From Thermoplasmatales archaeon SW_10_69_26 (lineage in GTDB: Archaea > Thermoplasmatota > SW-10-69-26), in NCBI GenBank assembly GCA_003009755.1, contig PXUB01000038.1, positions 1-64,000 of the forward strand: 64,000 bases of DNA, in the 5' to 3' direction. The position numbers were made by a program, and so were the translations under genes. Under the pieces are notes generated by a model. It saw nothing but the letters and a program-made list of their open reading frames with translations. It searched no databases and had not been told where the DNA came from. Below are positions 18,977 through 27,821 of the stretch, in pieces (the first letter of the stretch is position 1; every line of letters starts with the position of its first letter).

Positions 18977-20088
18977 TCCCCTCCCTCACCCAGCTCGTCG
19001 AGGAGCTGGACGCCGGGCTCGAACGAGAGGATCCCGAGCTCGTCTCCGAGACCGCCCGAACCCTGCGGGAGACGATCGCGAGGGCCCTCGGCGACCGCCG
19101 CCTGCAGGCCGAGGACCCGATCCTCGCCCGACGTCGCCGCCTGCACCAGCGCCTCGAAGTGTTGGAAGCCAAGGCTCAGGCCGGCCGCTTCGACGACGCC
19201 GACGACGACCTCGACGCCGTCCGCGAGATGGCCCACGAGACCGAACGCGCCCTCGAGCAACGCCCTGCCGCCGACACCGAACCCGAACCCGATCCCGGAC
19301 CCGGCCCCGACGCCAGCCTCCACCTGGCCCGCCGCGAAGCTCGCGCCACGGTGACGAGCCTCCCCGGCGCCGTCGTCGGGACCCTCAGCCTCCTCGTCTT
19401 CACGCTCGCCCTCCAAGCCAGCCTCGACGCTGCCCCGCGGACGCTGGCCGCCGTCTGGGCCAACGCCCGGACGCCGGCCCTCGCCCTGGCTCCCCTGGCC
19501 GGTCTCCTCGTCGGGATCGAGGGCCTCGCCGACGCCCGCGCCGGCCGCATCTGGCTTTCGGCCACCTCCGGGCTCTCGCGGACCCGGATCGTCGTGGCCG
19601 AAGCCCTCGGGGCGCTGGCCGCGCTTGCGGCTCTGCTGTTGGGGCCCGCCGTACTGGTGATCCTCGTCGGCCTGGGCCTGGGCTTGGCTCCCGACCCGAC
19701 GACCACCGCGCCCGTCCTCGGGGGCCTGTTCCTGCTGGCGACCAGCTTCACGGCGATCGCCTTCGCGTTCGCGGCCCGCCCGTCCTCGCGCTCGGTCACG
19801 TTGGCCGGCACCCTCGCCAGCTACCTCTGCCTTGGACCGGTCTGGGAGGCCGCCTTCGCCGCCGGCCAGGCCGCCGGCCGCGGGCGGGGGGCGCTGGTCG
19901 CCTCCCTGCTGCGCGGGCTCTCCCCGGTGAGGGCCGCCGACGCCCTCCTCTCTTCCGTCGACCCCTACGCTCTCCCGGCTGGTCGAGGCCTTCTCGTCCT
20001 CGCGGGCTGGACCGTGGCCGGCCTCGCGTTGGCCGCCTACCTCGTGCAGGAGCGAGGGTTCGGGCGGCCTCACCACGGCGAGCCGTAA
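18973..20088 (+). CDS. ABC-2-type permease with N-terminal helical domain
   Basis: 4-bp overlap with the ATPase; ~100-aa charged helical N-terminus then ~6 TM segments with a G.....L....SR..IV signature. Confidence 0.75.
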   Translation: MIPSLTQLVEELDAGLEREDPELVSETARTLRETIARALGDRRLQAEDPILARRRRLHQRLEVLEAKAQAGRFDDADDDLDAVREMAHETERALEQRPAADTEPEPDPGPGPDASLHLARREARATVTSLPGAVVGTLSLLVFTLALQASLDAAPRTLAAVWANARTPALALAPLAGLLVGIEGLADARAGRIWLSATSGLSRTRIVVAEALGALAALAALLLGPAVLVILVGLGLGLAPDPTTTAPVLGGLFLLATSFTAIAFAFAARPSSRSVTLAGTLASYLCLGPVWEAAFAAGQAAGRGRGALVASLLRGLSPVRAADALLSSVDPYALPAGRGLLVLAGWTVAGLALAAYLVQERGFGRPHHGEP

Positions 20089-20119
20089 CTAGGACCCACA
20101 AGGTACAACAACCTGGGTC

Positions 20120-20137
20120 GTTTAGGGGTGCCTAAAC
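20120..20137. promoter_or_regulatory. Palindromic operator, DtxR/IdeR-like box
   Basis: GTTTAGG-GGTG-CCTAAAC perfect inverted repeat ~30 bp upstream of the 20166 start. Confidence 0.65.
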
Positions 20138-20165
20138 CCGGCGCGAATCCCGCGCAGGTGTTCCC

Positions 20166-22378
20166 ATGAGAGGCTCCCGACTCGCCACGATCGTGCTCGC
20201 GCTCGCCGTCACGACCGCCCCCACATCGTCACCGCCATGGGGGAGGACCGACCCGAGGACGCCGAGGCCACCTACCAACAGGCCTTCGCCCAGCACGGCG
20301 AGACCCTGCCCACGGTCGCGGACACCGTCGAGACCGCACTCGAGGACGCCCGCCAAGCCGAGCCCGGCTCCGCGGAGTACGCCGCCGCCTCGCAAACGGC
20401 CAAGAAGGGCGTGCTCGCCCTCAGCTACCACGCCGCGCACCGATTCGCCGACGACGACAACCGCGACGAGGTCGAAGCCTACATCGAGGTCCTCACCACC
20501 AAGTTCGACGGCGAAGAGCAACTGACCGAGACGAAGACCGCCGTCACCGACGACACGACCCCGCTCGACGAAGCGATGGCCACGCTCGACGCCGAGTACC
20601 GCGACCTCGTCACCGCCAAGGTCTACGCCGAGACCCAGGAAACCCCCGAGCTGCTCACCGCCGGCGAGACCACGACGGCCGCCAAGGAAGCCGGCGAGGC
20701 GCTCGGCTACGCGCTCAGCCTCCACGCAGGCGACCAGAGCCCACCCGAGAAGCTGTACGAGGAGCTCGACGGTCTCGTCGAGCACACGCTCGCCCAGGAG
20801 GAGGATGCCACCCGCGGCGAAGCCGACGAGATCCTCGCCCTGCTCGCCGACCACGCCCTCCAGACGACCCCCACCGAGAAGACCCAGGCCCGCCAAGCCT
20901 ACCTGGCCGCCCTCGACGGGGGCGACATCGACCGAGCCGAGACGATCTACGAGGGCAACTTCTCCGAACACGCCTCCGAGTACGCCCCCGAGGCCCACGA
21001 CCGCATCAACCAAGCCCTCACCGACATCCGCCAAGCCGACGGCGCCAACCGCACCGTCCAGCACGAGATCCTCGCCAAGTCGCTGCTCGACGTCGCCTGG
21101 TCGGTCGGCTTCACCGAGCTCGCCGAGGACGAGATCCACGAAGGGCTGGGTTACCTGGCGATCCTCGTCGAGACGTTCGACGACCCCACCGACCCCGACG
21201 AATTGGGCATGGCACTGGGTCATGTCGCCGCCAGCCAGTCCACCGACAACCCCCACCTGTCCACCGTCCGCGACACCGCCAGCGCCCACTTCCTCGACAA
21301 GGTCCACGAGGAGATCGACGAGGTCTTCATCAACTGGAACGACACCGAGACCGCGCGCGAGAAAGCCATCGAAGGCGTCCTCTACTACCAGCCGATCCGC
21401 GAGGAGGTCGCCCACACGCTCTCCGACGAGGACGCCGACCACCTCGCCGACGAGCTCCGCGGCCTCTACAACGCCACGACCGCCGGCGACCGCGAGGAAG
21501 CCGAACACGAAGCCGAGGAAGCCCGCGACCTGCTCGCCTCCTACGAGAACGCGGGCGAGGACGTCACCGAGATCGATACCGTCCTCACCGACATCGAGCG
21601 CAGCCTCTCGATCATCACCGTCGAGATCGAGGAGTACGTCGACTACAAGGCGGAGGGCAACGACGAGAAGGCCAACGAAGAGGTCGAGGAATCCAAGGCC
21701 TTCATCGGGCAAGCCATCGCCACCTTCGAGGACAACCGCCAGACGCTCGCGGCCGCCGACGCGCAAGCCGCCGACGAGCTCGAGGCCGACATGACCGAGA
21801 TCCAAGATCGCCTCGAGGCCGAGGAGGACATCCCCTCCATCCCCGACGTCGTCGAGCGCGCCATCGACCGCCTCGACGCCTTCGAAACCGACCAACCCGA
21901 AGGCCCTGCCGTCGACGTCGAGATCGGCGATCCCGTGAAGGAAGCGGAGACCGTCCGCGTGCCCATCCGCCTAGCCGACCCGCCGGAGGGCGGCTACAGC
22001 GTGCAAGCCACGATCACCTACGACGCCGAGCGGATCACCGTCGACAGCGTCGAGATCCCGGCCGAGGTCGGCGCCGAGACGAGCTCGCCCGGCGAGATCC
22101 GCTTCAACGCCGCCGAGACCGAGACCCCGGCCGACCCCGTGATCGCCCAACTGCACCTCGCCCCCGCCGATCCCGATGCCCCGCCCGAGCTCTCGGTCGA
22201 CGTCGAGACGCTCACGGACGGCCAAGGCGACCCCCTGGCTCTCGGCAACGTGACCGGCCAACAGCTCGACCTCGCCAGCGTCGGCGACGCGGGACCCACC
22301 AGCAACGTCCCGCTGGGTCCCGGCGCCCTCGTCGCCTCCATCGCCTCCGCGCTCGCGCTCGCCCGCCGACGACCCTGA
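20166..22378 (+). CDS. Large surface protein: acidic helical domains, C-terminal cohesin-like domain and membrane anchor; signal peptide out of frame by one base at C5 run 20218-20222
   Basis: MRGSRLATIVLALAVTTAP in the 20166 frame continues as HIVTAMGED in the 20237 frame; cohesin-like VRVPIRL..GGYSVQATITYD..PGEIRFNA; tail VPLGPG-TM-RRRP. Confidence 0.75.
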
Positions 22379-22389
22379 CCCCGACCCGC

Positions 22390-23277
22390 ATGTCGCTTGC
22401 CCGCGCCGCCGTCGGCCCGCTGCTCGCCTTCACCCTGGTAGCCGTGGCCTTCCCGGTCGGCAGCCAGGCGAGCGACGATCTCCGGGTGCCCCAGAGCCTC
22501 GCCGAACCCGCCGAGGACCTCCGCGATGGCCTCACCCAGGTCGCCGACGCCGACACGATCGACGAGGCCCGCCAGGCCCACGACGACGCCGTCCGAGGGC
22601 CGGCCGACCAACTGCTGCCCTACGCCAACGACCTCGCCGACCGCTCGGGGGACCTGCTGGCGACCTACCTCGATCGCCTGGACGAGCAGCTGGCGACCGG
22701 CAACCTCTCCGATGCCCGCTCGCTGGCCAGCGCCGGCGCCCAGCTCGTCGCCGACGACGTCCAACCCGTCGCCGAGCGCTGGGACCGCAACCGCACCGCG
22801 CTCGCCGCCGGCCCCGTCCAAGCGACGGACGAGGGCCCCGCCGTGGCGCTCGTCCTCGTCAACCCGCCGCCGGGGTCGATCGCCGCCGTCGACGCCAGCC
22901 TCACCCTCGAGGCGGCCACCCCGCGGTCCGCGAGCCTCGCGCTCGGTCAAGGCGAGACCACCGTCGACCCCGCCAACGGGACCGTGCGCTGGGCCAGCTT
23001 CGACGCCTCCGCGGCCGCCAGCTTGGCCACCGACGGCGCCCAACCCGTCGCGCTGGGCGAGGCCCGCATCGATCCCACCGGGGACACGATCGCAACGAAC
23101 GTCACCGTGCACGATCTGCTCGACGCCGACGGCCAGTCCACGCCCGCGATCGGGCTCGCCAGTGACCGCGAGGTCCCCACCGACGGGACCGGCCTCCCCA
23201 CGACCTGGCTAGCGCTGGGCGGGGTCGCGCTCGGCGCCGTCGGGCTCGGCTTGTGGGTCCAGAGGTGGGAACCCTGA
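22390..23277 (+). CDS. Membrane-anchored secreted protein: helical domain plus second cohesin-like domain
   Basis: Signal peptide; VALVLVNPP.GSIAAVDASLTL..DPANGTVRWASF..LGE..V.VHDLLDADG; C-terminal TM. Confidence 0.65.
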   Translation: MSLARAAVGPLLAFTLVAVAFPVGSQASDDLRVPQSLAEPAEDLRDGLTQVADADTIDEARQAHDDAVRGPADQLLPYANDLADRSGDLLATYLDRLDEQLATGNLSDARSLASAGAQLVADDVQPVAERWDRNRTALAAGPVQATDEGPAVALVLVNPPPGSIAAVDASLTLEAATPRSASLALGQGETTVDPANGTVRWASFDASAAASLATDGAQPVALGEARIDPTGDTIATNVTVHDLLDADGQSTPAIGLASDREVPTDGTGLPTTWLALGGVALGAVGLGLWVQRWEP

Positions 23278-24194
23278 GCGCCCCCATCGAAGCCCGCAAC
23301 CTCACGAAACGCTACGACGACCTCGACGCCATCCGCGGCCTCTCCCTGAGCGCCGACGAAGGCCAGGTCCTCGGCCTCCTGGGCCCCAACGGGGCCGGAA
23401 AGTCGACCACGATCAAGGTGCTCGTCGGCCTCGTCCACCCCACCGAGGGCGAGGCCTGGATCGGCGGCCACCACGTCCAAGACGAGGGCATCCAGGCCCG
23501 CCGCCAGCTGGGCTACCTCCCCGAGGTCGTGGGCCTGTACGAACAACTCACCGCCGAGGCATATCTGCGCTACATCGCCCGTTTCCACGGCACCAGCGGC
23601 CCCCGCGCCACCCACCGCATCGAGGCCCTGTTGGCCGACGTCCGCCTGACCCAAGCCGCGGACCGACCGATCGGCACCTTCTCCAAGGGTATGCGTCAAC
23701 GCCTGGCGCTGGCCGGCGCCCTCTTCCACGATCCCCCCGTCCTCGTCCTCGACGAGCCGCTCACCGGGCTCGACCCGGAGGGCATCGTCAAGATGAAGCA
23801 GGCGATCGAGCAACTCGGCCGCCAGCGCACCGTGCTCGTCTCCTCCCACGAGCTCCACGCCGTGGAGTCGCTTTGCGACCGTGCGATCATCCTCCGCGAC
23901 GGCGAGGAGCTCACCTCGGCGCCCGTCGCCGAGCTCACCCGACGCGATCCCCCTCGCTACACCCTCACCACGGCCGACCCCTTGCCCGAGCCTCGAGCCT
24001 TGACCGACGTCGACGGCGTCCGATCGATCCACGCCTCCTCCCAGAGCACGCTGCAGGTCGAGGTCACCGACGCCGACGCCGCCTCCCTCCTCGTGGACCA
24101 CCTCGTCCGCGGGGGCCACCGCGTCCGGCACCTCGAACGCGACGAACGCACCCTCGAGGAAGCCTTCGTCGACATCACGGGGGTCCGCGCGTGA
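23253..24194 (+). CDS. ABC transporter ATP-binding protein
   Basis: GPNGAGKST, FSKGMRQRL, LVLDEP, SSH. Confidence 0.93.
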   Translation: MGPEVGTLSAPIEARNLTKRYDDLDAIRGLSLSADEGQVLGLLGPNGAGKSTTIKVLVGLVHPTEGEAWIGGHHVQDEGIQARRQLGYLPEVVGLYEQLTAEAYLRYIARFHGTSGPRATHRIEALLADVRLTQAADRPIGTFSKGMRQRLALAGALFHDPPVLVLDEPLTGLDPEGIVKMKQAIEQLGRQRTVLVSSHELHAVESLCDRAIILRDGEELTSAPVAELTRRDPPRYTLTTADPLPEPRALTDVDGVRSIHASSQSTLQVEVTDADAASLLVDHLVRGGHRVRHLERDERTLEEAFVDITGVRA

Positions 24195-25390
24195 GCGATC
24201 CCTGGACCGACCTCGAGCAAGCCCTCGCCGGGGACGACCCCGCCCAGGTCCACCGCACGACCGACCGCATCCGCGACGCCGTGCGCGGGGCCTTCGAGGG
24301 CCGCCAGCTCGTCCGCGGCTCCCTGCTCGTCGAACGCCGCCGCCGGCTCGAGCACACCCTCGCCGAGCTCGACGACGCGGTCGCCGGCGACCGGATCGAC
24401 GAAGCCCGCGAGCGAGCCGAGCAGGTCCGCGAGCTGGCCCCCGCCCTCGTCGACCAAGCCCGCCAGCTCGACCCGATCGACGCCGAGGAGGAGGTCTCGA
24501 CCGGCGGCTGGTTGGCCAACGCCGGGACCGTCGCCCGCAAGGAAGCCGTGCTCGGCATCCAGGGAACGCGCGGGCTGTTGCTGTTCGGCATCCTGGGGCT
24601 CACGTTCGGCATCGGCCTGCGGTCGGCGATCGGCGGCTCCACGGCCACCGGCGGCCAAGCCAGCGTCAAGCTCGTGTGGAACTACGCCCACAGCCTCGCC
24701 TTCCTCGCCCTCCCGCTGGCCGGCCTCCTCGCCGGGCACGGGCTCGTCAACGAGGAACGCCGCTCGGACACGATCCACATCCTCGCCGCCCAACCCGTGG
24801 GCCGGATCGGGATCGTCCTCGGCAAGTGGCTGGGCATGGCCGCCACCCTGGGCTTGGCCGTCGCCGCCAGCGCGGGGCTCGTCGGCACCGCCGCTTACGC
24901 CGTGACCGGGACGCTGGGCCCCCCGAGCGCCGCGGTCACCTACCCGCTGGCCTGCTTCGGGCTCGCCTTGGCCTTCGGCTCGATCGCGCTGCTGGCCAGC
25001 ACCTTGCTCGAGCGCACCGGTCCCACCCTCGCCGTCGGGCTGGCCAGCTTCGTCCTGCTCGGCCCGGTCTGGCAGAACGCCTTCCTCACCCGCTCGCTGG
25101 AGCAGGCCGGCACGATCCCCGATCCGGGCTCCGTGCTCGTCTACCTCGCCACCCCGTTCACCGCCTGGTGGAACTGGACCAGCGAGCTGTTGGGTCCCGT
25201 GAACGACGCCACCGGGCTCCCCCAGGGCGAACCCTGGCACGCCGCGCTGGTCAACGCCGTCGAGACCGGGGCCCTCGAGGCGCTCCCGTTCTACGCGACC
25301 CAACCCTACTACGCGATCGTGATCGCCGCCTGGATCGCCGTCTGCCTCGGCCTCGCCGCCGCCGTCTTCCGCCGCCAGGATCTGGCCTGA
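24191..25390 (+). CDS. ABC-2-type permease with N-terminal helical domain
   Basis: VARKE, EERRSDTIHILAAQPVGR.GIVLGKWLG, terminal FRRQDL. Confidence 0.85.
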   Translation: MSDPWTDLEQALAGDDPAQVHRTTDRIRDAVRGAFEGRQLVRGSLLVERRRRLEHTLAELDDAVAGDRIDEARERAEQVRELAPALVDQARQLDPIDAEEEVSTGGWLANAGTVARKEAVLGIQGTRGLLLFGILGLTFGIGLRSAIGGSTATGGQASVKLVWNYAHSLAFLALPLAGLLAGHGLVNEERRSDTIHILAAQPVGRIGIVLGKWLGMAATLGLAVAASAGLVGTAAYAVTGTLGPPSAAVTYPLACFGLALAFGSIALLASTLLERTGPTLAVGLASFVLLGPVWQNAFLTRSLEQAGTIPDPGSVLVYLATPFTAWWNWTSELLGPVNDATGLPQGEPWHAALVNAVETGALEALPFYATQPYYAIVIAAWIAVCLGLAAAVFRRQDLA

Positions 25391-25438
25391 CCCGTGCGAA
25401 GATGAAACGGGACCGCAAAGGTACTAATGCCGGGCCTG

Positions 25439-25454
25439 TCTAGGCAGCCCTAAA
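25439..25454. promoter_or_regulatory. Second DtxR/IdeR-like operator, overlapping the start codon
   Basis: TCTAGG-CAGC-CCTAAA; same spacing to an upstream AAGGTAC as the 20121 box. Confidence 0.6.
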
Positions 25455-26428
25455 TGGTGCCCGACGCCCCGCTGCCGACCCTGCTGCTCGCCGCGCTCGT
25501 CCTGACACCCAGCATCCCGGGCGCCCTCGGCCAGGACACCCTGTCCACCGAGGAGCTCGAGACCCGGCTCGACGAGCTGCAACGACGAAGCCAGCAAGCC
25601 GTCGACCGCTACGAGGCCGGCGACCGGGACCAGGCCCTCGACCACGCCCGCCACGTCCGCGAGGCCTTCACCTTCGCGGAGGGCAACGCCTCCGTGCTCG
25701 AACGCACGATCAACGACGTCAGCGCGGTCACCATCGGTGAACAGGTCAAGGCTCAAGCCTCCCGCCTGGCCAGCGCCATCGACGCCGGCGACCCCGTCGA
25801 GGAGGTCCAACAGTCGCAGACCGAGCTGGAACCCCTGCTCAACCGGCTCGTGCTGGTCTCGAAAGGCGAGCACGCGCCCGCGAGCCAACGCCAACTCACC
25901 ACCGAGGAATCCATCCACGAGGCCGCCCAGGAGGTCCGCGACCTCGTCGACGAGGCCGTCACCCTCTACACCGAAGACCAACCCGAGGCGGCGCAGAAGA
26001 GCGCCGAGGACGCCTTCTTCGCGTTCGAGCAGAACGGGCTCGGCCCCGACACGACCGTCGTCGACGAAGGGCTCGAGAACGAGGTCGAACACGACATCAA
26101 GAACTTCCAGGGGGAGGCCGGCGAGCCCGGCCTGGCCGACCTGATCGAGCACGGCGCCCCCGTCGGGGAGGTCGAGGACCAGGCCCAGACGGTCCACGAC
26201 GGCCTCGACCAGATCGTCACCCTGCTCGAGGCCACCAAGCCGCCCAGCGACCTCGGCGACGCCAACCAGGACGGCGACGTCACCATCGTCGATGCCCTCC
26301 TCACCGCGCAAGCCTCGCTGGGCATCCAGGCCGAGGACCCCACCATGGACGCCAACCAAGACGACGCCGTCACGATCGTCGACGCCCTGCTGATCTCGCA
26401 AGCCGCCCTCGGCATCCGGGATCTGTGA
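25454..26428 (+). CDS. Secreted protein: two FTR1-N-terminal-like helical domains plus C-terminal dockerin
   Basis: Signal peptide; duplicated GDANQDGDVTIVDAL / MDANQDDAVTIVDAL calcium loop-helix repeats. Confidence 0.85.
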   Translation: MVPDAPLPTLLLAALVLTPSIPGALGQDTLSTEELETRLDELQRRSQQAVDRYEAGDRDQALDHARHVREAFTFAEGNASVLERTINDVSAVTIGEQVKAQASRLASAIDAGDPVEEVQQSQTELEPLLNRLVLVSKGEHAPASQRQLTTEESIHEAAQEVRDLVDEAVTLYTEDQPEAAQKSAEDAFFAFEQNGLGPDTTVVDEGLENEVEHDIKNFQGEAGEPGLADLIEHGAPVGEVEDQAQTVHDGLDQIVTLLEATKPPSDLGDANQDGDVTIVDALLTAQASLGIQAEDPTMDANQDDAVTIVDALLISQAALGIRDL

Positions 26429-26432
26429 AACC

Positions 26433-27818
26433 GTGACGACGACCCCGACCTGCGCCACACCGAGCCGCTCGACGAGCCCCAGCGCTTCGACCGGGCTCGT
26501 CCTCCTCGCCCTCGCGCTGGTCGGGACGAGCCTGGCCCCGACGGCCACCGCCGCCGGCGACGCGTCCCTCCCCGACCAACTCGACACCTTCCGCGCCCAG
26601 ATCGAGACCGCCGTCGCCGACTACGAGGCCGCCTACGCCAACTACACGGAGGCCACAAGCGACGAGGAGCGCCAGCAGGCCCGCCAGGCCATGCACGAGG
26701 CCGGCCGCGCGGTCGGATCCGCCTTCCTCGCCTTCGAGCAAGGCCACGGCGACGACGGCTCCCTGTCCGTGTTCATGCAGACCCAGATGGACCAGGGCTT
26801 CTACCGCTCCTTCGAGCAGGACGTCGTCCTGCTGCGAGCCACGATGACGGACGCCGACACCGGCGAGGTCCCCACGCCCGCCGAGGTCGATGCCAAGACC
26901 TCGCCGGTGTTCCAGTCGCTGGACCGAGCCGAGGGCTGCTTGCCCGAGGGATGCGGGTCCGCCTGGACCGGCGCCGCCGCCCAGTCCTTCCTCGTGCTCC
27001 TGCGCGAGGGCTTCGAGGCGGTGCTGTTGGTGGGCGCCATCGTCGGTTACCTCCACAAGAGCCAACGCTCGGAGAAGGTGGCCAACGTGTTGAGCGGCGT
27101 CGGCGCCGCGCTGGTCGCCACGATCGCGACCTGGGTCCTCTTCGACCGGTTGTTCGCCGCGGCCGCCCGCAGCTCGTTCGCCCAGGCCACGCTCGAGGCC
27201 GCCACGATGCTGTTGGCGTCCGCGATCCTCTTCTACGTCGGGTTCTGGCTGCTGTCGAAGACCGAGTCCGACCGCTGGCGAGCCTTCATCGACGGCAAGC
27301 TCGAGGATTCCCTGGCCGACGACCGCGGCTGGATGCTCGCCCTCGTCGGGTTCCTGGCCGTGTTCCGCGAGGGCGTCGAGACCGTCGTGTTCGTGCAAGC
27401 GATCTCGCTCGGCAGCGGCGGCGCCTGGGGGGAGATCGGGCTCGGCCTCGGGCTCGGGGTCCTCGCCCTCGCCGGGTTGTACTACGCGTTCCAACGAGCC
27501 AGCGTCTCCGTCCCGCTGCGGACGTTCTTCGGCGTCACCAGCGGCATCCTGTGCCTGCTGTCCCTGCGCTTCCTCGGGTTGGGCGTCTTCGAGCTGCAAG
27601 AGGCCGGCCTGCTGGGCGCTACCCCGCTCGACGCCGTCGGTGCCGTCCTCGCCCAGAACGCGCTGCTTGGAACCCTGGCCGGCGCCCTCCTGGGCTTCTC
27701 GCCGACGCTCGAGGTCGCCATCGCTCAAGCGTTGCTGGCCGCCGTCATCCTCGCCGGCGTCGTGTGGACCTTCCTCGTCCGGCCCGCCCGAGCCACAGCC
27801 CCCGCCGCCGGCGGGTGA
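26433..27818 (+). CDS. FTR1-family high-affinity iron permease with extracellular N-terminal domain
   Basis: Two RExxE motifs (LREGFEAVL, FREGVETVVF), ELQEAG, ~7 TM. Confidence 0.93.
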   Translation: MTTTPTCATPSRSTSPSASTGLVLLALALVGTSLAPTATAAGDASLPDQLDTFRAQIETAVADYEAAYANYTEATSDEERQQARQAMHEAGRAVGSAFLAFEQGHGDDGSLSVFMQTQMDQGFYRSFEQDVVLLRATMTDADTGEVPTPAEVDAKTSPVFQSLDRAEGCLPEGCGSAWTGAAAQSFLVLLREGFEAVLLVGAIVGYLHKSQRSEKVANVLSGVGAALVATIATWVLFDRLFAAAARSSFAQATLEAATMLLASAILFYVGFWLLSKTESDRWRAFIDGKLEDSLADDRGWMLALVGFLAVFREGVETVVFVQAISLGSGGAWGEIGLGLGLGVLALAGLYYAFQRASVSVPLRTFFGVTSGILCLLSLRFLGLGVFELQEAGLLGATPLDAVGAVLAQNALLGTLAGALLGFSPTLEVAIAQALLAAVILAGVVWTFLVRPARATAPAAGG

Positions 27819-27821
27819 GCC

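Noticed and set aside
18059-27818. True cellulosome for polysaccharide degradation
   Set aside because: No glycoside hydrolase or CBM is attached to the dockerin or cohesins; the gene context and operators point to iron.
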